Shown: positions 50,450 through 59,140 of the stretch, piece after piece
How positions within the stretch are numbered: the first letter of the stretch is position 1
How the letters are laid out: each line of letters begins with the position of its first letter
From: Bacteroidota bacterium
GTDB lineage: Bacteria > Bacteroidota > Ignavibacteria > UBA10030 > BY39
Direction: 5' to 3'
Length of the DNA stretch: 64,000 nt
NCBI GenBank assembly: GCA_030017895.1
Contig: JASEGV010000005.1
Location: 5,988 to 69,987, forward strand
The notes under the pieces: generated by a model
Seen by the model: only the letters and a program-made list of their open reading frames with translations
What the model was told of the DNA's origin: nothing
Databases searched by the model: none
Made by a program: the position numbers and the translations under genes

Positions 50450-51622
50450 TTATAATCTTAATTTTGTTAAATAGTTACGTGCTATCAATAATGCTTCAAC
50501 ATCTTCGGCAGTAAGAGGTACATCTATCACTCCACTTCCGATTTTTTCTATTAGTGTGTATAAAATAATATCCTCAACTGCTTTTTTATCTGTTTGTGTT
50601 GCTTCGACATAATCGGGAACGCTATAATTTTTCGGTAGGTCTGTGGGTAACCCAAAATGTGTCAGCAACATTTTAAGTTTAACTACCGATTTGCGATTCA
50701 GAATTTTCAAACGAAAAGCCATTTCAGCTTCTGCAACCATTCCGATTGAAACAGCAGCACCGTGAGGAATTTTGTAATTGCTTAATTTTTCAAGTGCATG
50801 ACCAATCGTATGCCCAAAATTCAAAATTCGTCTGTACGATTTTTCTTTTTCATCTTTGTTAACAACTTCAGCTTTTAATTCGCAGCAACGCTCGATAATA
50901 TTCTTCAACAACTTTGTATCACGAGAAAGAATTTTTTTGTAATTCCGAACGAGTAGTTCAAACAATTTTACATCAAGCGATGCACCGTATTTAACAACTT
51001 CGGCTAACCCATTCCGGTACTCTTCATCGGATATTGTTTGCAATGTCGAAACATCTATATATACTGTATCGGGTTGGTAGAATGCGCCAATCAGGTTCTT
51101 CCCAAGCGGGTGGTTGAGCCCAACTTTACCCCCAACACTGCTATCGACCTGTGCAAGTAAGGTTGTTGGAATTTGGATGAACGGAACTCCTCTGAACAAT
51201 GTTGCAGCTACAAAGCCGGCAATATCGCCGACAACTCCCCCACCGAGTGCAATAATTACTGAGTTTCTGTTAGCTCCTGATTTTATTAACTGATTTTCTA
51301 AATACTCTTTGGTCTTCCGTGTTTTTGATTTTTCACCAGCTTGAAATGTAAATACTTTTGAAGTAACACCTTGCCTTTTTAAAAAGTTATTAAAATTTCG
51401 TGCGTAAAGTTTTTCGACATTTGTATCAGTAATGATAAAACATTTCGATTTGGGAAATTTCTTAACAATATCGGCAGCCGCAAATGATAATGATCCGTCA
51501 TCTGACGGACCGATATAAATATCGTACGACTTTTTGTTATTGTTTGAAATTTTTACTTTTACTTTTTCGTGCATATGTAATTTAAACTTGTAATAATAGA
51601 ACACGGATACACACTGATTCAA
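50450..51622 (-). CDS. aroB: 3-dehydroquinate synthase
   Basis: Colinear with AroB (..GGGVVGD(I)AGFVAATLFRGVPFIQIPTTLLAQVDSSVGGKVGLNH..). The real start may be the internal Met at ~51574 (MHEKVKV); the upstream in-frame MNQCVSVFYYYKFKLH extension is doubtful. Confidence 0.88.
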   Translation of the reverse strand: MNQCVSVFYYYKFKLHMHEKVKVKISNNNKKSYDIYIGPSDDGSLSFAAADIVKKFPKSKCFIITDTNVEKLYARNFNNFLKRQGVTSKVFTFQAGEKSKTRKTKEYLENQLIKSGANRNSVIIALGGGVVGDIAGFVAATLFRGVPFIQIPTTLLAQVDSSVGGKVGLNHPLGKNLIGAFYQPDTVYIDVSTLQTISDEEYRNGLAEVVKYGASLDVKLFELLVRNYKKILSRDTKLLKNIIERCCELKAEVVNKDEKEKSYRRILNFGHTIGHALEKLSNYKIPHGAAVSIGMVAEAEMAFRLKILNRKSVVKLKMLLTHFGLPTDLPKNYSVPDYVEATQTDKKAVEDIILYTLIEKIGSGVIDVPLTAEDVEALLIARNYLTKLRL

Positions 51623-51682
51623 CGGAATCAGACGGATTGTTTTATCTGTGTTCGTTTCGAATTCTTTTTTTATCGTTAGTAA

Positions 51683-51793
51683 CTGAAGTTACGCAGAATT
51701 GACTTTTTGTCAAAAAATAGCCTGAATTTGAGGTTTCAGATTCTTCTCCCGCTCTACGAGCGGGATCAGAATGACTCTTTTGCGTAACTTCAG
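51683..51793 (+). mobile_element. MITE-like element copy D (111 bp), inserted into/truncating a GxxExxY gene
   Basis: TIRs intact. Internal modules lack the tgttgagcgaagcg.. segment. Flanks gttagtaa / tcattaac. The stop codon of ORF 51790..51969 lies in the right TIR. Confidence 0.85.
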
Positions 51794-51969
51794 TCATTAA
51801 CTAACAGGTCGACAAAATAATCACCAACTTCGAGCCCTTCGTAATGCACTTTTATATGCTTTTGCTGCTCAACTCTCAACCCGTGTCGTAGTAATTCAAT
51901 CTTAAGAGAGTTTTCGTAAACTTTATAAAATGCACCGATGATAATATTTGTTAATTCTTCATGTAACAT
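51790..51969 (-). pseudogene. Truncated GxxExxY (PDDEXK_3) gene remnant, 59 codons, terminated inside MITE copy D
   Basis: Own translation MLHEELTNIIIGAFYKVYENSLKIELLRHGLRVEQQKHIKVHYEGLEVGDYFVDLLVND* aligns to the N-terminal half of 50013..50441. The C-terminal half (..ENKIIxEIKAV..LINFN) is absent. The last two codons and the stop (gac tga) lie in the element's TIR. Confidence 0.5.
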
Positions 51970-51989
51970 ATTTGTCCGTGTATATCCGT

Positions 51990-52157
51990 CTAATCCGCGT
52001 TCATCTGTGTCCTATGCACCAAACTATTTTTTGCAAATTCTAATTCTTCAACCGAACGTTTGAGCTTTTCGGCTGCCTCTTCATCGGTGTAACCTGCCTC
52101 TTTTCTCACCCATTCAAGTAAACGATGATTAACCAAGGCAGGAATTGATCGAGCCAT
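51990..52157 (-). pseudogene. Fragment of an XRE-type HTH DNA-binding protein (55 codons)
   Basis: Own translation MARSIPALVNHRLLEWVRKEAGYTDEEAAEKLKRSVEELEFAKNSLVHRTQMNAD*. The N-terminus resembles HTH_XRE regulators often paired with ImmA-type peptidases or restriction-modification systems; the rest is missing. Confidence 0.3.
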
Positions 52158-52264
52158 AGCTTATTTTTTTATCTTGTGATATCAATTGAAATTTCAAATT
52201 AATATAGTTAATGTTTTAGTCTATTTCAACTAATAACATTCGACTATTTCATGTAATAATCCAT

Positions 52265-55200
52265 TCAAAAATTATGAATCCCGTACTCTTCCATAATCTC
52301 CTTTGCCATCCGTTCAGCGACGCTCCAATCGTGCAACTTTTGATGTGCATCTTCTTCAAGGGATTTTCTGAGGTTTCTGACATAACGGTGATATTTTTTG
52401 AGTATCGACTCAACAACTTTGTCACTCTTGGGAATCTTCAATTGGTAAACATTTTCCTTTGCAAGAATCATGGCAAACTCTGCTATTGACTCGCCTTCGA
52501 TTTGAAGTATTAGTTTTCCGCTCTCATCCTTAAGTTCGTAATGCCCCATAAAATGTTCGGAGTGAAGTTTCTTACCAGTAGTTGGATGTGTTTCGCACTC
52601 AACTTTTAAATAATTATCATCGTAGAAATCTTCGGGGAATTTTCTTATTCCATCCGACAAACAATCTTTTATCACGGAAGCTTTTACCTGATCGTATGAT
52701 ATTTTTACTTTTTCTTTCTGCTGCTTCTTGCGCATTTTCGGCAGCTCAAGCCGCTCATGCACCATTTCACACAAACCCTCGTAAATGCGGGGTAGATATT
52801 CTTCAACATTGAGACCTAAAGCTTTAAGCACAGCCGCATCTAATGCCTTGCGATCTTTTTGTTTGATTTCCTCGAATATTGGTTTGATCTTTCTTTTTTC
52901 TAATTTAGAAATATCGAATTTTACATCGGTATCTGGGATGAGCATGTTTTCAACGTCCTCCACAGTAAACTCCTTAGCATTGCCATTATTAACATCTCTA
53001 CCGTATGCTTCAAGATGAAGAATGTTGAGAAAGGAGTTTAAGAAGACTAAAACACTCTCCTTATTAGGCTTGATGGAATAAAGACGCTTGTCTACTAAGA
53101 ATCTTTCTTTATTATGAAACGCTAAGAATCTATTTCGAGGTGCTGCAAGATAAAGGATCTCATCATCAATAACATTATTGATACCATACCAATATTTTCT
53201 GCTTTGGACAGATTTAATTTTTGGAAAACTCACGTTTTGCTCGTTTGTCTGTGTCTCACCCCACTCAATATATCTTAACGCTCCAACATCTCCCTGTTTT
53301 TTTAACTTTTCTTTCGATTCGTTACAAACGAAAAGTAATACTGTCACCTCATTTGATTCAATTAGTATTTTTTTAAATTGCGACGAGTCTTTGATAATTC
53401 TTTTTAAATATTTTTGTTCAATTTCGCCTTCCCATCCCCGATCGTTGCGGCATTGTACTCTCATGTCATTCTGAGTCCCGTTGCTCTTCAGACGGGACGA
53501 AGAATCTTTCTTTTCTATAGAAGTGAGGCCCTTCGCTTCGCTCAGGGTGACAATGGATGTGAGATAGAAAAATTCATTGATACCTGTCTTAATTCCGAAA
53601 CGCACATCGGCAATCTGCTTCAACGGCACAAGCTTATCTTTGCACTTTTCCAAAATCTCAAAGTAAACATCGGGCGCACGGAGATACTTTCCCCATTTTG
53701 CCAGATCTTCTTTCCCCTGAAGCTCGTGAATAATATCGGATTGCTTTACCATCCGTATGCGCATTTCATCTGTTTCCAAAGAAGAAATGACGTCGGAAAC
53801 TTTTCGTACTTTCTTATCGTGCTCAGCCGATTCGATCATGCTTACAATGCCGTCAATCCTATCCCACCTTTTCTGCGACTCAAGCCGAAGGTCACGAAAT
53901 GGAATAAGCTCTTCCAATTTCATTTTCAGCTTTACAAAATGGACGATGTTATCGCTTCTCGCTTGTGTATTCTCTTCACGCTCAAGAACCGTTACAATCG
54001 TATTTACTGCCGCATCTTCGAACCACGGCTCAGCCCACGATGCAATAATCATCTTGATTTTGAAGTGATCGAGGAAAAATTGTTTCATAACAGAGCCGTA
54101 AGAAACATCGAGCCACGAGTTTGATGTGATGATAGCGAATGCTCCATCCTTTGAGAGAAGCGTTGCAGTGTGAAGGAAAATGTAAGCGTAAATATCCGCC
54201 TGACCGGATAACTTTAACTCAACGTGTCCTTTTTCCACCCATCGCTGGATAGATTTTTTCTGTTCGGCCTCACTCAAACCACGTGCATTGGCGATGTCTT
54301 TCTCTTTTATACTTTTTAATTCGAAAAGCGAGGGGTAAGTAAGAAGGTATTCCTCTGCAAGTATTTTTGTTAAATCCTTTTTATATCCCTTTACTTTCTT
54401 TTCAATAAGTTCTTGGCGTATGTATGGGAAATTACCGACCAGCCCATGAAATTCAGGGATAGTCACGTCAATCTTGTCTTTGAAATATTTACCGGCGTGC
54501 GGTGGTGGAAACGGGAAGCTTTCCCCTTTACGAATTTCAAAAACATCCTTATGAACTACCCTTGGAAAATTATCGAAGTTTTTTACATCCTGCCTGAACA
54601 GATTAATCGTAGAAAGCTCAGCAGGGAATTTTCCGATATCGATTCCCCAGATTTGATTCAGTAACTGGTTGTGTGTTGCCCGATGTCCCGAAAGATAACG
54701 AAGCCGGTCGTACAGCCGGATTAAAAATGTTCCTGAGCCGCATGTCGGGTCTCCGTAAAATCCATCTTTGTCTTGAACGACAGTACCGATGATGAGATCA
54801 ACCAAATCTTCCCGTGTAAAGTATTGTCCAAGATTGTGTCTTTGTTCAGGATCTACTATTTCCTCAAACAACTCACCAATAACATCTTCAGGCAAATCCC
54901 CAAAATGATAAACCCGCAGCTCAGAAAACAATTCACGAAGATACGGATAAGCGGAATTGGGAATGCCAAGCCCTTCAATCGGTCCATCCACGAAAACAGC
55001 TTGCCAATCTTTTTCGCTTGCTTTCGTGAATGCAACCTTGAGCAGACGATTTAAATCCCGCTCATCGGATTGGTGCAGCTCGGGTAAATCTTCAAAGTAC
55101 CTGCTAACTGTAAGATAAAAGATGATTTTTGTTATCAACCCATAAACACGTTGGCGGGCTATAAGTTTGAAGAATTCACTATCCGAGGGATACGTTATGC

Positions 55201-55894
55201 CTTGCTTCGTAACGTACTCAGTGATCTTTGCTTTCTTTTTCTTATCACGGGATTCATCTTTGAAAAACTTTTCAAATTCAGGTATCAACTGTTGTGTTGA
55301 ATTGCGAAGAAGATTTACAAAATAAACTTTCTCCGGCTGAAATCTCTCAAATGATCCGACATCATGAAGCCGTATAACCTCTGAACAAATGCGGCGAATG
55401 TATGCTTTTATTGTTGCCTGAATATCTCCACGCAGCCAGTCATTTATGTTTGTGAGAATAGGTGTCGGCTCAGAACCAAGCGGTTCAAGTTTATTTCCCT
55501 TTACCTTGAACGCGTTGAGTGATTGGAAATCCCAAGTGTAAGCATATTCCACTTTTAGCTGGACAGCTTTTTGTCTGAATGTTTCTAAATTTTCTCTTGC
55601 AGCAAAAGGTGGTTTTAGTTCTAAGTACGTGTAAGCATCACGCGCTTGAAGGTTTTTCCAGATTACGAGATCGCCAAAACGAGTTGTTGTTTCTGTGGGA
55701 ATGCCGGGTTCATTCGTTGCTTCCGTGAAAGGAAAAGCATTTCGTTTGATATGCTCGTTGAACCATTCGGTAATCTTGCCGAGAAGTTCGCGTTCGTTTG
55801 TCTTTATTTTTCCCATTATGCCGGATATTGGATGAATAAAAGTTGGTTTGATGATTATTAAGTTAATAATAGGTTGCCAGAAAAGCAAAACCAA
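52265..55894 (-). CDS. MmeI-like single-polypeptide Type IIG (Type IIL) restriction-modification enzyme: N-terminal PD-ExK nuclease + gamma-class N6-adenine methyltransferase + target-recognition region
   Basis: MTase motif I YGDPTCGSGTFLI and motif IV-like GNFPYI. N-terminal (F)GDLVIW..YLELK resembles the MmeI D-x9-ExK nuclease motif. C-terminal FGIKTGINEFF motif of the MmeI/PglX family. The probable real start is M at 55816 (MGKIKTNE), because the first 26 codons from 55894 are hydrophobic read-through. Carries an in-frame 96-bp palindromic insertion at 53462..53557. Confidence 0.8.
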   Translation of the reverse strand: MVLLFWQPIINLIIIKPTFIHPISGIMGKIKTNERELLGKITEWFNEHIKRNAFPFTEATNEPGIPTETTTRFGDLVIWKNLQARDAYTYLELKPPFAARENLETFRQKAVQLKVEYAYTWDFQSLNAFKVKGNKLEPLGSEPTPILTNINDWLRGDIQATIKAYIRRICSEVIRLHDVGSFERFQPEKVYFVNLLRNSTQQLIPEFEKFFKDESRDKKKKAKITEYVTKQGITYPSDSEFFKLIARQRVYGLITKIIFYLTVSRYFEDLPELHQSDERDLNRLLKVAFTKASEKDWQAVFVDGPIEGLGIPNSAYPYLRELFSELRVYHFGDLPEDVIGELFEEIVDPEQRHNLGQYFTREDLVDLIIGTVVQDKDGFYGDPTCGSGTFLIRLYDRLRYLSGHRATHNQLLNQIWGIDIGKFPAELSTINLFRQDVKNFDNFPRVVHKDVFEIRKGESFPFPPPHAGKYFKDKIDVTIPEFHGLVGNFPYIRQELIEKKVKGYKKDLTKILAEEYLLTYPSLFELKSIKEKDIANARGLSEAEQKKSIQRWVEKGHVELKLSGQADIYAYIFLHTATLLSKDGAFAIITSNSWLDVSYGSVMKQFFLDHFKIKMIIASWAEPWFEDAAVNTIVTVLEREENTQARSDNIVHFVKLKMKLEELIPFRDLRLESQKRWDRIDGIVSMIESAEHDKKVRKVSDVISSLETDEMRIRMVKQSDIIHELQGKEDLAKWGKYLRAPDVYFEILEKCKDKLVPLKQIADVRFGIKTGINEFFYLTSIVTLSEAKGLTSIEKKDSSSRLKSNGTQNDMRVQCRNDRGWEGEIEQKYLKRIIKDSSQFKKILIESNEVTVLLFVCNESKEKLKKQGDVGALRYIEWGETQTNEQNVSFPKIKSVQSRKYWYGINNVIDDEILYLAAPRNRFLAFHNKERFLVDKRLYSIKPNKESVLVFLNSFLNILHLEAYGRDVNNGNAKEFTVEDVENMLIPDTDVKFDISKLEKRKIKPIFEEIKQKDRKALDAAVLKALGLNVEEYLPRIYEGLCEMVHERLELPKMRKKQQKEKVKISYDQVKASVIKDCLSDGIRKFPEDFYDDNYLKVECETHPTTGKKLHSEHFMGHYELKDESGKLILQIEGESIAEFAMILAKENVYQLKIPKSDKVVESILKKYHRYVRNLRKSLEEDAHQKLHDWSVAERMAKEIMEEYGIHNF
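53462..53557. repeat. In-frame 96-bp palindromic element inside the restriction-modification gene (encodes SIVTLSEAKGLTSIEKKDSSSRLKSNGTQNDM)
   Basis: catgtcattctga-gtcccgttgctcttcagacgggac-gaagaatc...gaggcccttcgcttcgctcagggtgacaatg. Its arms are related to internal modules of the MITE (gtcattctga[tcccgctc..gagcggga]gaagaatc; tgtcatgttgagcgaagcgaaacatc). Length is a multiple of 3 and there is no stop codon. Confidence 0.7.
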
Positions 55895-55933
55895 TAAATT
55901 CTTTGAAACAAGCCAATTTTTCTTTAGATTTAA

Positions 55934-58873
55934 TTGATGAAAACATCTAAGTCAGGCGAAAAGATTCAAAGAAGAAAGAACTCAACAAAGTACAAGAAGA
56001 ACGACCGTATTCTTACCAAAAATCTTATCATCCGCGGCGCACGGGTTCACAATCTCAAAAACATTAATTTAGAACTCCCCCGCAACCAACTTATTGTATT
56101 TACAGGAGTTAGCGGTTCGGGGAAATCGAGTTTAGCTTTTGATACAATCTATGCCGAAGGACAGCGCCGTTTTGTCGAAAGTTTATCAGCTTATGCCCGC
56201 CAATTTCTTGAACGAATGGATAAACCCGACGTTGATTCTATCGAGGGATTGAGTCCGGCTATTGCAATCGAACAAATCACTTCCACACGTAATCCTCGAT
56301 CGACAGTCGGTACAACCACTGAAATATATGACTATCTCCGACTTCTCTTTGCTCGAATCGGAAAAACCATTTGCCACAAATGTGGAAAATTCGTTCAACG
56401 CGACTCGGTTAAAACCGTACTCTCCAAATTAGAAACAGAGCTTGCTGATCTTTCCGAATCACGCCTTTATGTAATGTTCCCTTTGCAAACTCACACCAAA
56501 GCAAGTTTTAAGAAAGAAATCGAGAATATCAAGAAGCAGGGATTTATAAGAATCTTTTGTAAAAACGAGTTGATAGATTTAACAGAAATTTCCTCAACAA
56601 AACTTTGTACGAAGGAGTTAAACAAGAGCGATATATTTGTAGTAGTCGATAGAATAATTTTCAGAAAATCGGACGACACTACACGGCTTGCAGATTCGAT
56701 TGAAACAGCATTTAATCTTGGAAATGGTAATCTGATTTTAAAAGTTCTTGAGAACGATAAAACTTTACGATTCAACCAGCATTTTAATTGTGCTGATTGC
56801 AGCATCGGGTATGAAGAACCTGACCCGCGTTTGTTTTCGTTTAACAATCCTTATGGGGCTTGCCCTGTTTGTCAAGGTTTTGGGAAATCGGTAGGGATAG
56901 ATTTAGATTTGGTAATACCGAACAAATCGAAAACTATTCGTGATGGCGCCATTCAACCTTGGACTACACCCAAATGGAAAAAATATCTTGAAGATTTTAT
57001 AATAATTGCTGACGATGCGGGTGTTCGTTTAGATGTTCCGTTTTATGATTTAACTAAAGAAGAAATCAACATCATACTAAATGGATGGGATGGTTTCGCC
57101 GGTCTTTACAAATTTTTTAAGTTCATCGAAAGCAAATCGTATAAAATACATTACAGATATTTTTTAAGTCGCTTCCGTGGTTATACTACCTGCCAGGATT
57201 GTAATGGTTCACGTGTAAGAAAAGAAGCATTAAACATTCGTATTGCAGATAAGACAATTTTCGATGTTGTGCGGATGACGCTTGATCAGGCGTTCGTTTT
57301 TTTTAATCCGTCGTTTGACGGACAATTAAGTGAATTCGATTTTAATATTGCCAGCAGAATATTAGAAGAACTGAAACGCCGCTTGAAATATCTTGTTGAT
57401 GTTGGAATCGGATATCTCACACTCGACCGGTTATCGAACACTCTTTCGGGGGGCGAATCGCAACGGATTAATTTAGCTACATCTTTAGGTTCGTCGTTAA
57501 TGGGTGCTATTTATGTTTTAGATGAACCGAGTATCGGATTGCACCCGCGTGATAACGACAAACTTATCGGGATTCTTAAATCGATACGAGATGTGGGCAA
57601 TACCGTTATTGTAGTTGAACATGATTCAGATATGATGAAATCGGCAGATGTGATACTTGATTTAGGACCGGGGGCTGGCGAAAACGGCGGAAATGTAGTG
57701 TTTCAAGGGACTTACGATGAAATCAAAAGAGATTCAATGTCGCTTACCGGCAAGTATTTGAGCGGAAGGCTCGCTATTCCGCTCCCTAAAAATCGAAGAT
57801 TTAATGAGACCAAAAACCTTATCATAAAAGGTGCATCAGCAAACAACCTGAAAAATGTGGATGTCGAAATTCCACTGAATAAATTTGTATGTATCACCGG
57901 CGTGAGTGGTTCCGGTAAAAGCACATTGGTAATGGATATACTTTATCCGGCTCTCAAGAATATCAAAGCGAACAGTAGCGTTAATTCAGAAAATTTTCTC
58001 TCCGAAAATCTCAAGCATCTGCAGGGAAGCCAATTTATAGACGGCGTTGAATTGGTTGACCAATCCCCGATTGGTCGAACGCCGCGCTCGAACCCTGTTA
58101 CTTATATAAAAGTTTTTGATGCAATCCGAAATCTTTATGCAAACACGCAAGCTGCAAGAATCCGTGGATATACACCGGGAAGTTTTTCGTTCAACGTGGC
58201 TGCTGGCCGTTGCGATGCTTGCGAAGGAAGCGGTATCCAAGTTATCGAGATGCAGTTCCTTGCCGACTTGCAACTGACTTGCGATGTTTGTAAAGGAAAA
58301 CGCTTTAAAAAAGAAATACTCGAAGTCAAATACCACAGTAAAAATATAAGCGATGTTTTGAACCTGACTGTCTCGGAAGCAATAACATTTTTCAGTTCCG
58401 ATGTTTCAGCACGACGGATTGTCAAGCAATTACAGATTTTACTTGACGTAGGACTTGGATACATCCGGCTTGGGCAACAGGCAACAACACTATCGGGCGG
58501 TGAAGCACAACGAATAAAATTAGCCGCACACTTGTTAGCGCAGGATACAGGAGGTAGAAAACTTTTTATTTTCGATGAGCCGACAACAGGTTTACATTTC
58601 GATGATATTGCAAAACTTTTAAAATGCTTCGACGCCTTAATTATGGACGGACACTCAGTTCTCATCATCGAACATAATATGGATGTAATAAAATGCGCCG
58701 ATTGGATAATTGATTTAGGTCCCGAAGCCGGTGAGGCAGGCGGTCGTGTTGTTGCGGTTGGAACTCCCGAAGAAGTTGCTTTAAATAAAAACTCACATAC
58801 TGGAAAGTTTTTAAAAATAATTGATAGTATGCGGGAGTATTATTACCGAAACAAAAATTTACTCAGTTACTGA
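55934..58873 (+). CDS. uvrA: Excinuclease ABC subunit A
   Basis: 979 aa. Two ABC ATPase modules ([14 protein letters not shown].. and ..[13 protein letters not shown]..), zinc-finger Cys clusters, LSGGE signature motifs. The stop codon TGA (58871-58873) lies inside the left TIR of MITE copy E. Confidence 0.95.
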   Translation: MMKTSKSGEKIQRRKNSTKYKKNDRILTKNLIIRGARVHNLKNINLELPRNQLIVFTGVSGSGKSSLAFDTIYAEGQRRFVESLSAYARQFLERMDKPDVDSIEGLSPAIAIEQITSTRNPRSTVGTTTEIYDYLRLLFARIGKTICHKCGKFVQRDSVKTVLSKLETELADLSESRLYVMFPLQTHTKASFKKEIENIKKQGFIRIFCKNELIDLTEISSTKLCTKELNKSDIFVVVDRIIFRKSDDTTRLADSIETAFNLGNGNLILKVLENDKTLRFNQHFNCADCSIGYEEPDPRLFSFNNPYGACPVCQGFGKSVGIDLDLVIPNKSKTIRDGAIQPWTTPKWKKYLEDFIIIADDAGVRLDVPFYDLTKEEINIILNGWDGFAGLYKFFKFIESKSYKIHYRYFLSRFRGYTTCQDCNGSRVRKEALNIRIADKTIFDVVRMTLDQAFVFFNPSFDGQLSEFDFNIASRILEELKRRLKYLVDVGIGYLTLDRLSNTLSGGESQRINLATSLGSSLMGAIYVLDEPSIGLHPRDNDKLIGILKSIRDVGNTVIVVEHDSDMMKSADVILDLGPGAGENGGNVVFQGTYDEIKRDSMSLTGKYLSGRLAIPLPKNRRFNETKNLIIKGASANNLKNVDVEIPLNKFVCITGVSGSGKSTLVMDILYPALKNIKANSSVNSENFLSENLKHLQGSQFIDGVELVDQSPIGRTPRSNPVTYIKVFDAIRNLYANTQAARIRGYTPGSFSFNVAAGRCDACEGSGIQVIEMQFLADLQLTCDVCKGKRFKKEILEVKYHSKNISDVLNLTVSEAITFFSSDVSARRIVKQLQILLDVGLGYIRLGQQATTLSGGEAQRIKLAAHLLAQDTGGRKLFIFDEPTTGLHFDDIAKLLKCFDALIMDGHSVLIIEHNMDVIKCADWIIDLGPEAGEAGGRVVAVGTPEEVALNKNSHTGKFLKIIDSMREYYYRNKNLLSY

Positions 58874-58980
58874 AGTTACGCAAAAGAGTCATTCTGATCC
58901 CGCTCGTAGAGCGGGAGAAGAATCTGAAACCTCAAATTCAGACTATTTTTTGACAAAAAGTCAATTCTGCGTAACTTCAG
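58870..58980 (-). mobile_element. MITE-like element copy E (111 bp) with 7-bp TSD TCAGTTA, overlapping the uvrA stop codon
   Basis: Left flank 58863..58869 tcagtta. Right flank 58981..58987 tcagtta. Sequence is the reverse complement of copy D. Confidence 0.9.
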
Positions 58981-59096
58981 TCAGTTAATAAGAAAAAGTA
59001 TAATGCCTTAATTCCACAATACCCCATCACTTAGTTCCTCTTCCTACCAATTATACTACCGAAGCAACTTGCTATTATATTCAAACATTCATATAT

Positions 59097-59121
59097 TCGA
59101 CTAATCAAATTTATTAGTCAA
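59097..59121. promoter_or_regulatory. Palindromic operator candidate upstream of the TetR gene
   Basis: tcGACTAAT-caaattt-ATTAGTCaa (7-bp perfect arms, 7-bp spacer), about 20 bp upstream of the TetR ATG. Typical autoregulatory TetR operator geometry. Confidence 0.4.
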
Positions 59122-59140
59122 ACAATTTCATAAATTAAAT

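Noticed and set aside
51574-51622. N-terminal extension MNQCVSVFYYYKFKLH on aroB as a regulatory leader
   Set aside because: It is in frame with aroB with no intervening stop, so it cannot be a separate leader peptide. More likely an over-extended ORF call, with the true start at MHEKVKV.
52265-55894. BREX system (PglX-like methyltransferase)
   Set aside because: No brxA/B/C, pglZ or brxL neighbours. The gene is flanked by uvrA and by decayed fragments, and the N-terminus has a PD-ExK-like motif. A stand-alone MmeI-like Type IIG enzyme is the better reading.
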